Part shown: positions 62,852 through 64,000 of the stretch, piece after piece | Numbering within the stretch: position 1 is the stretch's first letter | How the letters are laid out: each line of letters begins with the position of its first letter | From: Dehalococcoidia bacterium | GTDB lineage: Bacteria; Chloroflexota; Dehalococcoidia; Lucifugimonadales; UBA3495 | Assembly (NCBI GenBank): GCA_965261925.1 | Contig: OZ253486.1 | Location: forward strand, 1,030,134-1,094,133 | Direction of reading: 5' to 3' | DNA length: 64,000 nt | The notes under the pieces: model-generated | Database searches by the model: none | The model's input: the letters and a program-made list of their open reading frames with translations, nothing else | Told to the model about the DNA's origin: nothing | Position numbers and translations under genes: made by a program

Positions 62852-62957
62852 GTCATTGCGAACGAAGCGCCGCAATCGCGATTTCCCGAAAGGTCATCGC
62901 GCCGTCGTTCCGTATAAGTGGTGAAAACGTCATTGCGAGCGAAGCGTGGCAATCTCG
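62852..62957 (-). repeat. REP/MITE-like repeats, two direct copies
   Basis: gtcattgcgaacgaagcgccgcaatcgcga (62852-62881) and gtcattgcgagcgaagcgtggcaatctcg (62929-62957). Confidence 0.8.
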
Positions 62958-62985
62958 TTGCCGCAGCACGGGCCTTTGCCCTAAA

Positions 62986-64000
62986 TCAGCCTTCCCGGCG
63001 GCGCAGAGCATACCACGCCAGCGGCCCGCGAACCGCTTTCCAGGCCTCCACCACGCCGGTGTCCGTTTCCGTGCCGGAATGCTCGCGCCCGGCATACCTG
63101 TGGCGGGCGTAGGCGTTGACGATCCGGCCGATCTCGTGGCCTCGCTCCGGCACCACCGCGGCCAGCGCCCCCGCCCATTGGTTTGGCGTCTGGTGCTCCC
63201 GCAGCGGAACCGACGCGAACCGGCCCAGGCGGCGCAGGCGTCTATACGCGCCCGGCACGTCGCTGGGCGGGGCCAGCAGCCATCGCCACAGCGCCCCGGC
63301 GACGAGCGCCAGCGCTACCGCGGCGGCCGACGCGCCGACGATCCAGGGCAGGAAGCTACGGGCGGTGTTGGTCCAACCCGTACCGGTGGCATTGTCGGCT
63401 ACCAGGTCGGAATCTTCCAGCCCGTCCTCGAAGTCCAGGCAGTCCTCTTCGATCTCGCAGAGCAGATCGTCGATGTCGCTGCTGTCTCCGGCGGCCAACG
63501 CCCGGCGGGCCTGCTCCTCCGGCGGGATGGCCAACGGTATATCCCTGCCGGGAGTGGGCTCGAATGGGATCCAGCCGTAGCCGGGGAAAAACACCTCGGT
63601 CCAGCCGTGGCTGTGGCGATCCGTAACCACGTAGATATGCGATCCGTCCGCGAGGTTTCCGGTGGTATAACCGGTGGTCATGCGTGCCGGCACGCCCAGG
63701 CTCCGCATCAGCACGGTCATTGCGGAACCAAAGTATTCGCTGTAACCCTCGCGGCTTTCGAACAGGAAGTAGTCGACGCCGTCCGCGCCGAAAGGGGGAG
63801 GATCGATGGCGAGGTTGTAGGTGAAGTTGCTCTTCAGATACTGCTCAACCGCCGCCGCCTTGTCGTAGGGTGTCTCCGCCCCGGCGGTAATCTGGCGAGC
63901 CAGATCCGCCACGCGCGGTGGCATATCCTCGGGCAACTGCGTGTACCGGGCCCAGAGCCACGGAGCGTATTCCTCGCCGCCGGTGCGCAGTTGTTCCGGC
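62986..64000 (-). CDS. transglutaminase-like domain protein, C-terminal part (N-terminus beyond the window end)
   Basis: ...GYSEYFGSAMTVLMRSLGVPARMTTGY...VTDRHSHGWTEVFFPGYGWIPFEPTPG... The frame stays open to position 64000. Confidence 0.8.
   Translation of the reverse strand, partial: PEQLRTGGEEYAPWLWARYTQLPEDMPPRVADLARQITAGAETPYDKAAAVEQYLKSNFTYNLAIDPPPFGADGVDYFLFESREGYSEYFGSAMTVLMRSLGVPARMTTGYTTGNLADGSHIYVVTDRHSHGWTEVFFPGYGWIPFEPTPGRDIPLAIPPEEQARRALAAGDSSDIDDLLCEIEEDCLDFEDGLEDSDLVADNATGTGWTNTARSFLPWIVGASAAAVALALVAGALWRWLLAPPSDVPGAYRRLRRLGRFASVPLREHQTPNQWAGALAAVVPERGHEIGRIVNAYARHRYAGREHSGTETDTGVVEAWKAVRGPLAWYALRRREG

Overview
High-GC bacterial chromosomal window (GC judged by eye, not computed). 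Gene content, GGAGG-type RBSs and repeat style suggest Chloroflexota, but that is inference only. No rRNA, tRNA or CRISPR array was found. Most genes are housekeeping. On the minus strand: DUF1385, rpmE, rpmA and rplU; polX; aconitase; ferredoxins; Lrp; a PEP-mutase-family gene; yhhQ, glnA and amtB; hflKC and ftsH; an aminotransferase; and an aldehyde dehydrogenase. On the plus strand: rpsA; an MBL hydrolase with an M16 peptidase and an HpcH aldolase; asparaginase; and a cobalamin-riboswitch-controlled B12 nucleotide-loop/salvage operon (cbiA, cobO, cobT, cobS, cbiB, cobD, cobC). Accessory or unusual content: (1) an island at about 20.0-25.7 kb with an orphan Phd antitoxin, an A/T-richer HsdR_N-type nuclease, two IS elements (one apparently nested in the end of the other) and a decayed mazEF pair; (2) five Uma2/DUF820 nuclease paralogs, two of them inside the B12 operon; (3) a ChuX/HutX-like protein as first gene behind the B12 riboswitch, with a paralog fused to a [2Fe-2S] ferredoxin domain; (4) a nirK gene flanked by a diverged duplicate of the neighbouring aminotransferase 3' end; (5) a dispersed REP/MITE-like repeat family and a GGGGCGGG hairpin family; (6) a Fic gene behind an array of ATGCAAGG palindromes; (7) ribosomal protein L21 with a 17x hexapeptide tail; (8) a 40-codon glutamine-synthetase N-terminal fragment between amtB and glnA. 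All functional calls come from motif recognition in the translations; no database search was possible.
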